Source of the DNA: a virus
Length of the DNA: 64,000 nt
Reading direction: 5' to 3' (one strand)
IMG/VR virus record: IMGVR_UViG_3300035158_000183
Coordinates: 32,001 to 96,000 of that record
Position numbers and translations under genes: made by a program. The notes below the pieces were generated by a model. The model saw only the letters and a program-made list of their open reading frames with translations, did not search any database and was not told where the DNA came from. Shown here one piece after another: positions 28,797 to 37,942 of this stretch (positions are counted from its first letter, which is position 1; the number at the start of each line of letters is the position of its first letter).

Positions 28797-29491
28797 CCAA
28801 ATCCAAAGAATACGTCCAGAGATTCAGTATGTGCGACTGTATAACACTGCACAGGAAGAACCTGCCTAATGTATACACAGCTCATGGTGCTGGGCTAGAG
28901 CTATTCCTGAAGAGGCTGTGGCCGGGGCGGAAGTGGTACATGCCATATGTGAATAAGCTTGATGATGAGACTCTGCGCCAGCTCAGACCTGTTGCTTACA
29001 CCATACCTAAGAATGTAGACACATTCATATGGTCCACCTTTCATGATGGTGTCAGTAGCTACTGGGACCTAGGGGATGGGGTTAGGTATGCTTACCGGTC
29101 TCGTGGGTCTAAACTCAAGAAACTCGGAATTGCCAAACACGTCCCTGCCCCTCCGGAGAGTGAGTTGCGACAGCAGGTAATTGAACTAGACCAGAAAGTC
29201 ACCAAGATGTGGGGCTCAGATTTGGTTAAGATACTATTGCTATACGACAACTCACGCTGTACACGAGAAGCCACCAAGGACCGCCTGGACAGATTCACAG
29301 CTATAGCCAAGGAAGTACTGGACTGGCCGGTAGTACAAGTCCAGGTAACCGAGAATGACCCACCTGGCCCAGGCCAACCCGGCATGACCGGCACTAAGTG
29401 GCTGGGCTGGGACCACTACTCCAAAGAGACCAGCGATAAAATGTGTAGCGATATCATCCAGATAGAGCAAAATGCTAGGAGAGAGGTATAA
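28787..29491 (+). CDS. Hypothetical protein (weak SGNH-like features)
   Basis: Overlaps the upstream gene; late WDHYS motif. Confidence 0.5.
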   Translation: MVLTKSKEYVQRFSMCDCITLHRKNLPNVYTAHGAGLELFLKRLWPGRKWYMPYVNKLDDETLRQLRPVAYTIPKNVDTFIWSTFHDGVSSYWDLGDGVRYAYRSRGSKLKKLGIAKHVPAPPESELRQQVIELDQKVTKMWGSDLVKILLLYDNSRCTREATKDRLDRFTAIAKEVLDWPVVQVQVTENDPPGPGQPGMTGTKWLGWDHYSKETSDKMCSDIIQIEQNARREV

Positions 29492-29492
29492 T

Positions 29493-29705
29493 ATGACACT
29501 ATCAGCATCCGAGAGAGCCCGTCTGGTGGCCGCAGAGGAGACCATAGCTGACCTGGCTCAGCTTGTGAAGGGCGCAGGCAGCAAGAACCAGCTCAATAGA
29601 CTATTGATACTAGCCCAGGAGCAGTGCCGACAGCTTAGTTCTATTGTGGAGACTCTGGAGACTCAGGTCCAGGAGCTTCTGGAACTGGCTCGGAAGCTTC
29701 AGTAA
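29493..29705 (+). CDS. Small coiled-coil protein; last gene of the + arm
   Basis: GAGAGG RBS; heptad pattern. Confidence 0.65.
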   Translation: MTLSASERARLVAAEETIADLAQLVKGAGSKNQLNRLLILAQEQCRQLSSIVETLETQVQELLELARKLQ

Positions 29706-29847
29706 GCTCCTCATCCTCTTCCCCCACAATAATAATATCAGGCTGCGGTTCGGTAGGGATTACCCTAGGCTTAGGCCGAGGACGCTTCTTCCGAGGCTTA
29801 GGTGGTGGGTAACGTGTGCCCAGGACGCCATCGTAAAAAACAGCCAT
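29641..29847 (-). CDS. Small Pro-rich basic/acidic protein; last gene of the - arm
   Basis: ATG directly after the upstream TAA; overlaps the convergent gene by 65 nt. Confidence 0.4.
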   Translation of the reverse strand: MAVFYDGVLGTRYPPPKPRKKRPRPKPRVIPTEPQPDIIIVGEEDEELTEASEPVPEAPGPESPESPQ

Positions 29848-29848
29848 A

Positions 29849-30163
29849 TTAACAGTCTATAATACTTTCGTCATCTAGCTCTGTCTTGGCGTAGTTATAC
29901 AAGGCCTTGATGAGGTTCATGTCAGCAGCGTCCAGAACAACAGTTCCTATTGCAAGATCATACCCATCGGAGTTAATACTAAAGCTCAAGCTCTCGCTCT
30001 CCAGTGAGTTCTTACCTGCATTACACTTAGCCTGATCCGGATATACTGCTATAGTAAAGATACATTTCTTGTCTGCCCACGATATCCTCACAAGGTCAAT
30101 CTTATGATAGGCCTCGGCGTGGGTCACTCCATGCGCATCTTCTACTGATCTCTTGAATCCCAT
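29849..30163 (-). CDS. Small tail-associated protein (possible fibre chaperone), paralog 1
   Basis: AGGAG RBS; AYHKI motif; paralogous to the adjacent gene. Confidence 0.7.
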   Translation of the reverse strand: MGFKRSVEDAHGVTHAEAYHKIDLVRISWADKKCIFTIAVYPDQAKCNAGKNSLESESLSFSINSDGYDLAIGTVVLDAADMNLIKALYNYAKTELDDESIIDC

Positions 30164-30172
30164 AATATCTCC

Positions 30173-30499
30173 TTATACATTTACTATGTCTTCGTCATCC
30201 AGCTCAGCCTTGACGAAATCGTACAGAAGCTTAATATGATTGGTGTCTACAGGATCTACCTGGGATGTCCCTATTGTCGCTGTATAGTCAGCAGGCTTGA
30301 CCATGTGGACATATATGCCCACCGGTGCCTCGTCTGCTTCCCTGGCTGCCTGGTCGTGGAATACGAATACCTTGACCCTACATCTCTGCTTGCCAGCCTT
30401 CTCGCTGATGTGCCGTACATCTCGCACTACACCAATCTTATGATAAGCGTTGGGATGTACAGTCTCATCGGCGTCAGTGTACGAAAGTTTGAATGCCAT
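30173..30499 (-). CDS. Small tail-associated protein (possible fibre chaperone), paralog 2
   Basis: AGGAGGAG RBS before MAFKLSY; AYHKI motif. Confidence 0.7.
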   Translation of the reverse strand: MAFKLSYTDADETVHPNAYHKIGVVRDVRHISEKAGKQRCRVKVFVFHDQAAREADEAPVGIYVHMVKPADYTATIGTSQVDPVDTNHIKLLYDFVKAELDDEDIVNV

Positions 30500-31592
30500 T
30501 AGACTCCTCCTTGTCTCGCGGAGTATTTCTCCAGAAATTATTCTCGATACTCTCATCCAAGGTTATGGGTGAAGAATCGAGGTCATTACCGCACTCGAAC
30601 CCGCAGGGTTCTTCTTGCCAATTAATTCTATTCTTTTCCGCATCTTCGATCAACTTAGCTCTGAAGCTAGATGAGTGCCTGCACGCTCTACAGTGAGCTT
30701 CTACTACTGGCGCCTGTAACCTAGCGCAAGGCCAGCTTCTACCCTCACGACTAATGGGACGAGTAATATCACGGCTGAACTTAGCTAATGCACTGAAATC
30801 CTTAGCTAAAAACTTATCCCATACATACTCGGCGTCACCCCAGAGATTAGACTTCTTCTGCTCTGGGTAACTACGCTTCAGGTCTGATCTGATAGCCGAG
30901 GCAGCGGCCAAGAAGTTGCCTTCTCCCAAAAACTGCTGAATTCCCAATAGGGTACCCTCGGGATATGAGATGAGGTCATCAAACAGTACGTAGTGGACTG
31001 GAATCTCCGGATGCTTCTTAAGCCAAGCTGCAGCCATGACAGTAGTCTGGATAAACATCTTGGGACTGTGTACTACTTTATCCTGATACAAGTCTATAGA
31101 CTCTCCATTGAGCTTCTTGTACTTCTCATTACGGCGGAGGCGCTCCTGCGACTTAGCAACAGATCTGGGATGCCGCAACATGAAGACGATCTTATCGATA
31201 TAGCGTGGATCTGACTGGGCCAGGCCGCCTGATACTATCTTACAAACTGTAAGATTCCTCTTCGACTCAGCTTCCAATTGCTTAAGCTGGTCTTCCCGGT
31301 TCGGGCGGAACTGCACACCCCTTACTGTGAATGGGCACTCCCAGAAACCTGTAGGATTCAGATCTTTGGCAATCTCGACCTCTTCTAAAGCTTTAGGATT
31401 TGTCTTCCTATAGATATACATCCGATAAGCGTAGTGCTCATCCGACTCGTCGAGACCTTGCTCTAGCTCAAATCGTGACCGGCGCTCTTGGGGAAACTTC
31501 CCACCCAAGATACGTTCTTCCCCTAATGCTATGCTATGGCAGAGCATAGCTAAAGACGTACCTGATCTAGGACACCCAGAAATTACTATCAT
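30474..31592 (-). CDS. PAPS-dependent sulfotransferase with Cys-rich C-terminus
   Basis: MIVISGCPRSGTSLAM (5'-PSB), NPTGFWE, MLRHPRSVAKSQ (3'-PB), VLFDDLISYP; ATGA-coupled to the upstream gene. Confidence 0.82.
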   Translation of the reverse strand: MIVISGCPRSGTSLAMLCHSIALGEERILGGKFPQERRSRFELEQGLDESDEHYAYRMYIYRKTNPKALEEVEIAKDLNPTGFWECPFTVRGVQFRPNREDQLKQLEAESKRNLTVCKIVSGGLAQSDPRYIDKIVFMLRHPRSVAKSQERLRRNEKYKKLNGESIDLYQDKVVHSPKMFIQTTVMAAAWLKKHPEIPVHYVLFDDLISYPEGTLLGIQQFLGEGNFLAAASAIRSDLKRSYPEQKKSNLWGDAEYVWDKFLAKDFSALAKFSRDITRPISREGRSWPCARLQAPVVEAHCRACRHSSSFRAKLIEDAEKNRINWQEEPCGFECGNDLDSSPITLDESIENNFWRNTPRDKEESNGIQTFVH

Positions 31593-33064
31593 GATATACC
31601 CCACAGCTGACCCCACTTGGATATAGTGAAAGTCGCAGTATCTACATTAATATATCTGAACAAGCGATCTTGCAAGTAGCCATCGTAGCTTCCCACCGTA
31701 GTTCCGTAGTTTGCTATGCTGTCAGAGTAGTTAGATGAAGGGCCAAAGGCTGTAGAGATGTACGAGGTAGAATAGTGCCCATACGTTGTTGTGTAGCCAC
31801 CACGGTACAATTCATGGTAGGTATTATAGGTCCACGCAAAATACGCTCTGGACGTAACAGACTGAAAATACCACGTGGTAGGGTTCGAGGGGGAGACATA
31901 GGTCGTGTAATAGTACCCGTATGCATATAGCCCCAGCATGCCACCGACGCCTCCACCAGAATACTGCCATATCTCCTTGCGAGTAGAATTACTACCAGGC
32001 ACGAAGTTCTGCTTATCGTAGCTATCTGGAGATATATAGTGTACGCCGTTTCCCAGCCCACACCATAGGGGGTCGTAAGATTTCATACCACTAATGATCA
32101 TACGAAGCGTGGGTTCAGGGGAGGCATATTCGTACTCATACTCGTGGGCGCCCACTATAAAGGTTAAAGACACAGATAAGTCTTGAGCATCGCCGGTATA
32201 AGGAGACTTATTGTCGACCATAATCTCAATCTCATCATCAAAGTCTACCGCATACTGGGCATCATCCACATCCACCCCTGTAGATGCAGGATCTGCTGCC
32301 GCGTTTACATCCACTCCCTCGCCAGAGTTTGTGGTGAATACAGCATTCCCCCCAACGCTGATATTGACCCTTGGATCGGTGCTTGAGTCGGCTGCGTCAC
32401 ATTTGGCTGCCATCCTAACTAGATGGGCCTCGCCCATATGCCACCTGATATACTGTTCCTCCTGGTTCTGAAGAGCCTGGGTATCGTCTGCATTATTAAA
32501 GTTACCAGCTATCTTAAAGTCCATTTGGAAGCATCTAGCTGGGTCTCCATACTGGACCTCGTCTACCTTGACAATCTCGTATACATCACCATCATCCCAG
32601 TCATCCTCACTGCCACCTGAAAGAGTAGCCGCTACCCATTCGTGGTCATTGCTAGTTATTGTTCCGCTGCTACTATCGGTAATATTATAGATCGTACCAC
32701 CCACTAACTCGCCAAAGTTCCAGGGCCCAGATGAGTCTGTGAGATCACTACTATCGTTTCCGCCATCATGAGTGCCCGTCGAAATGATTCCGAATCTGCA
32801 ACCCTCTACTGTCACTCGTAATGCTGTAGCCGACTGCTTGGCGACCGCAGTAACTATCGAATATCGCCAGAAACCATTGGTATTTCTAAATCGTATCGGT
32901 GTGCCAGGCTGGAGAGCACTCATCATGCTAGGCGTCCAGTTGTTTACATCAAACTGGGTGTCGCTGACCCGCGCAATAGATGAGAGGTCGCCCCACGGCT
33001 TGAAGCTTTCCGACGACAATGGAGGAGAAAAACTATTCTGATTATCTGTTATGATATTTGTCAC
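31589..33064 (-). CDS. Virion/tail structural protein with Tyr-rich C-terminal domain
   Basis: Beta-rich Gly/Ser/Thr/Asp composition; lies downstream of the fibre gene. Confidence 0.6.
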   Translation of the reverse strand: MTNIITDNQNSFSPPLSSESFKPWGDLSSIARVSDTQFDVNNWTPSMMSALQPGTPIRFRNTNGFWRYSIVTAVAKQSATALRVTVEGCRFGIISTGTHDGGNDSSDLTDSSGPWNFGELVGGTIYNITDSSSGTITSNDHEWVAATLSGGSEDDWDDGDVYEIVKVDEVQYGDPARCFQMDFKIAGNFNNADDTQALQNQEEQYIRWHMGEAHLVRMAAKCDAADSSTDPRVNISVGGNAVFTTNSGEGVDVNAAADPASTGVDVDDAQYAVDFDDEIEIMVDNKSPYTGDAQDLSVSLTFIVGAHEYEYEYASPEPTLRMIISGMKSYDPLWCGLGNGVHYISPDSYDKQNFVPGSNSTRKEIWQYSGGGVGGMLGLYAYGYYYTTYVSPSNPTTWYFQSVTSRAYFAWTYNTYHELYRGGYTTTYGHYSTSYISTAFGPSSNYSDSIANYGTTVGSYDGYLQDRLFRYINVDTATFTISKWGQLWGIS

Positions 33065-33076
33065 TTGATACCTCCA

Positions 33077-36000
33077 TTAGCCACCCTGGAGTCCGTGGTG
33101 CTCCACCACATCCAACGATCCATACCACCTAACGTCATCAGTCTCGTTGGAACCTTGATCAATAATAAATCTGATGCCAACACCATCCACTGCAACATCC
33201 AAGGTCCACTCTTCTTCGTAACCACTGATATTTGACCAGGCATAAGTATTTATATTTTTACCAATTAATACCTTAGTGCCATCATTCCTACAAGCCACCA
33301 GCACTTGGCCAGTCCAGCCCTTACCTGCCTGGTCCCTTGTCTGATCTGCACCAGTGGGCCTGGCGATCAGATTAATTACACAACCATAGACCTTATTCGG
33401 ATCCATGTATAGCCATCCGGTGCCTAGAGCTTGTTCGGGGTAGAGTTGCTGCGAGCCGCTACCATTAAAGGTATGACCAAAGAGATGAGTGGTTGAGCGC
33501 TGTGTCTCGCTTCCTGCACTCACAGTACCAGTGGCAATCGCGTGTACTTCTTGGCCCCACCACCTAGCCCGAGCATACCTACCCTTGGCTATGGAATAAT
33601 CTGTATTAGCACGACAGTCTTCACCCAGTGCCAGAGAGTTCTGTCCTGTCCCAAAAGCTTCCCATCCTATTGCAATACTTCCTTGGCCGTTAGTGCTGGC
33701 CCCATAACCTACTGCCACACAGTATTGACTATTAATCCCTATTGCTCCCTTGCCGATTACGACATTTCGGGATGAGTAAGACTTGCTCTCTGCTCCTATA
33801 ACAATATTCTCTACTCCATCATTCTCAAGCTGACGGCCGATAGAGATAGCATCTTGGTAGCTGACATATGTTTCATACCCGATAGCAATACCATATGTAG
33901 CACCAGAATCTGTTGAGGTCTGTGGCCCGATTGCTATAGCATAATTAGAAGCGACAGCAGCTGCTGCGCCGACAGCAACTCCCTGAGTACTATTTTCGAT
34001 ATTTGCACTGTACCCTACAGCTACAGCCTGATTCGAAGAGGCATCTATGATTGCCTCCGCTCCCAACGCCACAGCCTGACCGGATTCCACAGCTGCTTCT
34101 CGCCCTATCCCAATACTGTCTGTCGCCTGAGGGGATGCTGTGTATCCTATTCCTATACCGTCAGCTCCACTAACTGTCGCTGCTTGCCCTATCCCTATAC
34201 CTCTATCAGCCGATATATCTACTTGTCGACCAATCCCAATTGCATCCTGGCCAGCTGCGTTACCCTGCCTGCCTATTGTGATGGCATCTGTGGATGTATC
34301 AGAAACGACGTTGTAGCCAATTGCAATTGAGTAATCTGACGCGGCCTCTGCTAATGGCCCTAGAGCTACTGCGCCCATGCCAGTTGTACTGGTCGTGTTA
34401 CCAATGGCTATACCAGACTCGCCAGAATCTTCTACGTTTGCGTTGTAACCTATCGCAATGCCATATTGGCTTACCGCGCCCACTGCAGCTTGGTCGCCCA
34501 GGGCTAATGATGATGTGGATTCTGCGGAAGCAGATTGGCCAATGGCCATACTAGTTGTGCCGGTGGCTTCCGCACCATAACCTATAGCTATTGCATAGAT
34601 AGCCTGGACAGAAGCACTAGCACCCATAGCAATACTATAGTCTGCAGGATTGGGGGGAGCTGGAGCGGCCTCCGCGCCGTAGCCTATTACGACGGCCTGC
34701 TGGGCGACCTGTACACTGGTACCAGAACCAAGAGCTATCGAGTGATCCGAAGCATCATCTAATTCCGCACCCTGTCCTATGGCAAGACCGCTTACTGAAG
34801 CTGCCGTAGTGGTCAGACCTATTGCTATAGCATTGTCGGCTGATATAGCAGCACTGACACCCACGGCAATACCGAAGTCGGAGCCTGCTGATGCCCATCG
34901 TCCTATAGCCACCGCACTATCAGCACTTACCTCGCTATCAGCACCCAGAGCTATAGCACACGTCGAGCTAGTAGTGGCACCAGTACCTATTGATACTGAA
35001 GCCGACGTGCCTGCTATGGCTCCCCCGCCCACAGCAACGCAAGCTCCATCTGCACTAGAACTCGTGCCTATTGCCACAGGCGAAGAACCACCACTAGCAC
35101 TGGCAGAAAAACCCATTGCAATAGCATACTGGCCAGCTGTGGTGCTTCGTCCTATGGCGATACCGTCCAGGTTGTCTACTTCCGAACTACGACCAATAGC
35201 TATACCATCATTACCATATGATGCAGCTTGGTATCCTACTGCGATTGCATAGGCAGAGCTAGCATCAGCCTGATACCCAATAGCCGTAGTAAAAGGGGCT
35301 GCCGTGTCAGCAGAAGCGCCGATAGCGATTGAGCCTGTACCTGTAGCAGAACAATTATAACCTACTACTACACAGTTGGTCTGCAGCGCATCTGCTTGCC
35401 GTCCGATTGCAACACTATTACTGTTGTCGGCTACTGCACCCTCGCCAATGCTGACCGTCCTCAGGCCCGACGCTTCTGCATCCTTGCCTATAGCCACAGT
35501 ACCTGTTGCAGACGCTGCGGCTTGATATCCGACAGCAATAGTATATTCATCACTACCTTGAGCTATATAGCCTATTCCTATCGTATAATCATCGCCGGCA
35601 TCTCCAGCTTGATATCCTATTGCTATCCCGTAATGACCAGAGCTAGAGAATTGCGAGCCGATGCCGACACTATAGTCTCCATCAGTACTGGCCTGAGATC
35701 CTAGACCTATTGCCTCTTCGCCACTAGCACCTGCTTGGTTCCCGATAGCAGCCGCGCCCTCGCCACTAGCACTAGCCTGGTAGCCTAGAGCTAATGAGTT
35801 ATCTGCTGATGTGGTGGCTGATACGCCTGCCGCCAGGGAGGCTTCTCCAGAAGCATCTGCGTTCATACCAACAGCAGCAGCAAAGTCAGTATTAACCGTA
35901 GCGCCATGACCCAGAGCCAAACCGCTCTCGGCTGCTGCACCGGCACCATATCCGAATGCATGTCCGTAATCGACACTAGCTGAAGCATTCACACCTACTG

Positions 36001-37930
36001 CTGCTGCATTCTCCGCCGAGCTACTTACCTGAGCGCTAACACCTACAGCCACAGAGCCTTGGCCTTCTACTCCACAAGCATACCCCACAGCTACAGAGTT
36101 TTCCGAATTATCCTGGACACTTGTTTGGGTTCCGAACACCGCAGCATTATCAGCCGAGGTACCTACACTACAACTTCTTCCTACTGCAATTGCAGATTCA
36201 GAGTTACTAGCAGCGCTATAGCCCATTGCTACAGCATAATCTGCCGTGCCAGAACACACGTAACCTATAGCCACTACCTGCTCTGCAGTTGAGCTGGAAC
36301 TGTAGCCCACTACTGTGGAGGCACCATTGCTGGCACCGACTGTTGCTTGGTATCCTATAGCTATCGAATGGTCTGAGTCGGCTGCCACTTCCGCCGCGTT
36401 ACCAATTGCGTAACTGTAATTTGAGTACACTATCGCACTGGCGCCCAGAGCATACGAGTAGGATGCGGTCTCGGCCCCGGGTGCTTCTACCGAGGCCTGA
36501 TAGCCCAGAGCGTACGAATATGATGCATTTCCGCTAGCATTAGCTACTATAGAGGCGCTGTATCCCAACGCGTAACTATAACTAGTATTACCGCCAGTAT
36601 CACACTGGATCTTGGCCTGGTAACCGATAGCGAAGCTGCTGTTAAGAGTAGCCGATGTCGCCGCATCGACGTTGGCATCATCGCCGATAGCGAAGCAACC
36701 TGCAACAGCTGAATCCTGACCCGCACTTATCCAAGCAGCCCACCCAATAGCGAACGACGAACCTAATACAGCATCAGTGCCAGTAGTAGTGATATAGGAT
36801 GAAGTGCCAATGGCAAAACTGTTTCCAATAGCAGAATCTGTTGCTCCTGTGTCTGCTAAGACATAAGCGCCCGATCCTATGGCAAAGTTCCCATCTAGGT
36901 TAGTGCCATTCTCCTTAGCGTCTACGTAGGCAGTCGGGCCGAACGCTACTGAGTTTACTACTGCCCCAGTGCCTGACTGTTTAACTTCTGCTGTATGACC
37001 GATTGCAATAGACGATGCACCGTTCGTGAAAGCATCTGTACCAATAGAGATAGAATTATCGGAATCGCCACTACCATGGCTCGCGCCATACCCGATAGCT
37101 ACAGCAGCGTCACCCCATGACCTGGAGTCTGCACCGATTGCCACTCCTCTACTATTATAGACCGTGGCATTATACCCTATAGCTGTCCCCCAACTGGCAC
37201 TTATACTCGCCTCTGGGCCTATGGCAGTACCCAGTGTAGAGGTGCTGGCGTCGTAGCCTATAGCTATGCCTCTGTACCCGGCTGAAGTGCTATATCCGAA
37301 TGCGATGGCATGCTCGCCACTAGTGGTTGCCTGGTCCCCCAGGGCATATGAGTTCTCACCAGCTGCTGTGGAATTAGGTCCTATGGCGAATGAGTTATTT
37401 CCCGAAGCATCCGCACTGACACCCTTCCTCTGAGTAGAGTTGGAGCCGGAACCTGCTTCAAAGAGCCCCATCTCGGAGCGTAGCTCCCACTGTGCTGGTG
37501 GTGAAAGCGGGTCGTCTACAAAGACAGCATCATTATTCTCGTCGTCGACGTAACAGACCCAGCCCTCTTCTGGGGTCGTGGCCTTCCATACACCGCTCGT
37601 CCACTCCACAATATCATTAGCAGCTGCTCCGCCCCAGCCTGCGTGTGTGGTGCCTGTACTATCCAGAATATATCTATCGCCAGTACTTGGGCCGCCCGGG
37701 GGCGCTGCGGTATTATCACGAATTTCTATGACGCTAGCACGTCTATTCCCGCCCCCACTAGCAGCTTCCCAGCTGCCCACGGCGACACCATATACGTTAA
37801 TCTGGCGGACATACAGAACCTTATCAATATTATCAAGATAAAGATTACCTTTGACCGAAGAGGTGGGCGCACCGTTACCGAATTGAATCTTGGCCCAGTT
37901 GGCTCTATCTAATTTTGATCCGAGTGCCAT
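33077..37930 (-). CDS. Giant tail fibre/adhesin: DUF2793-like N-terminal domain, about 1250 aa of YadA-head (Hep/Hag) repeats, globular C-terminus
   Basis: PPGGPSTGDRYI..W..TPEEGW; about 14-aa (A/S)IAIGxxAxA repeats; no signal peptide or beta-barrel anchor. Confidence 0.82.
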   Translation of the reverse strand: MALGSKLDRANWAKIQFGNGAPTSSVKGNLYLDNIDKVLYVRQINVYGVAVGSWEAASGGGNRRASVIEIRDNTAAPPGGPSTGDRYILDSTGTTHAGWGGAAANDIVEWTSGVWKATTPEEGWVCYVDDENNDAVFVDDPLSPPAQWELRSEMGLFEAGSGSNSTQRKGVSADASGNNSFAIGPNSTAAGENSYALGDQATTSGEHAIAFGYSTSAGYRGIAIGYDASTSTLGTAIGPEASISASWGTAIGYNATVYNSRGVAIGADSRSWGDAAVAIGYGASHGSGDSDNSISIGTDAFTNGASSIAIGHTAEVKQSGTGAVVNSVAFGPTAYVDAKENGTNLDGNFAIGSGAYVLADTGATDSAIGNSFAIGTSSYITTTGTDAVLGSSFAIGWAAWISAGQDSAVAGCFAIGDDANVDAATSATLNSSFAIGYQAKIQCDTGGNTSYSYALGYSASIVANASGNASYSYALGYQASVEAPGAETASYSYALGASAIVYSNYSYAIGNAAEVAADSDHSIAIGYQATVGASNGASTVVGYSSSSTAEQVVAIGYVCSGTADYAVAMGYSAASNSESAIAVGRSCSVGTSADNAAVFGTQTSVQDNSENSVAVGYACGVEGQGSVAVGVSAQVSSSAENAAAVGVNASASVDYGHAFGYGAGAAAESGLALGHGATVNTDFAAAVGMNADASGEASLAAGVSATTSADNSLALGYQASASGEGAAAIGNQAGASGEEAIGLGSQASTDGDYSVGIGSQFSSSGHYGIAIGYQAGDAGDDYTIGIGYIAQGSDEYTIAVGYQAAASATGTVAIGKDAEASGLRTVSIGEGAVADNSNSVAIGRQADALQTNCVVVGYNCSATGTGSIAIGASADTAAPFTTAIGYQADASSAYAIAVGYQAASYGNDGIAIGRSSEVDNLDGIAIGRSTTAGQYAIAMGFSASASGGSSPVAIGTSSSADGACVAVGGGAIAGTSASVSIGTGATTSSTCAIALGADSEVSADSAVAIGRWASAGSDFGIAVGVSAAISADNAIAIGLTTTAASVSGLAIGQGAELDDASDHSIALGSGTSVQVAQQAVVIGYGAEAAPAPPNPADYSIAMGASASVQAIYAIAIGYGAEATGTTSMAIGQSASAESTSSLALGDQAAVGAVSQYGIAIGYNANVEDSGESGIAIGNTTSTTGMGAVALGPLAEAASDYSIAIGYNVVSDTSTDAITIGRQGNAAGQDAIGIGRQVDISADRGIGIGQAATVSGADGIGIGYTASPQATDSIGIGREAAVESGQAVALGAEAIIDASSNQAVAVGYSANIENSTQGVAVGAAAAVASNYAIAIGPQTSTDSGATYGIAIGYETYVSYQDAISIGRQLENDGVENIVIGAESKSYSSRNVVIGKGAIGINSQYCVAVGYGASTNGQGSIAIGWEAFGTGQNSLALGEDCRANTDYSIAKGRYARARWWGQEVHAIATGTVSAGSETQRSTTHLFGHTFNGSGSQQLYPEQALGTGWLYMDPNKVYGCVINLIARPTGADQTRDQAGKGWTGQVLVACRNDGTKVLIGKNINTYAWSNISGYEEEWTLDVAVDGVGIRFIIDQGSNETDDVRWYGSLDVVEHHGLQGG
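33580..37410 (-). repeat. Hep/Hag (YadA head) protein repeat array, about 42-bp units, degenerate at DNA level
   Basis: Recurrent AIG/AVG/ALG every 14 aa or so; boundaries approximate. Confidence 0.85.
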
Positions 37931-37942
37931 GTAACGCCCCTC

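Noticed and set aside
23444-29491. Ordinary bacterial LPS core biosynthesis operon
   Set aside because: No waaA, hld or transport genes; the cluster is contiguous with phage replication genes. Host LPS modification by the phage is not excluded
31589-33600. Diversity-generating retroelement target in the fibre C-termini
   Set aside because: No reverse transcriptase and no template/variable repeat pair differing at adenines seen in the window
34779-35704. + strand ORFs with PIA/AIA repeats
   Set aside because: Antisense shadows of the Hep/Hag repeats
33077-37930. A genuine bacterial trimeric autotransporter, implying a host chromosome
   Set aside because: No signal peptide or C-terminal YadA anchor, and the surrounding genes are phage-like
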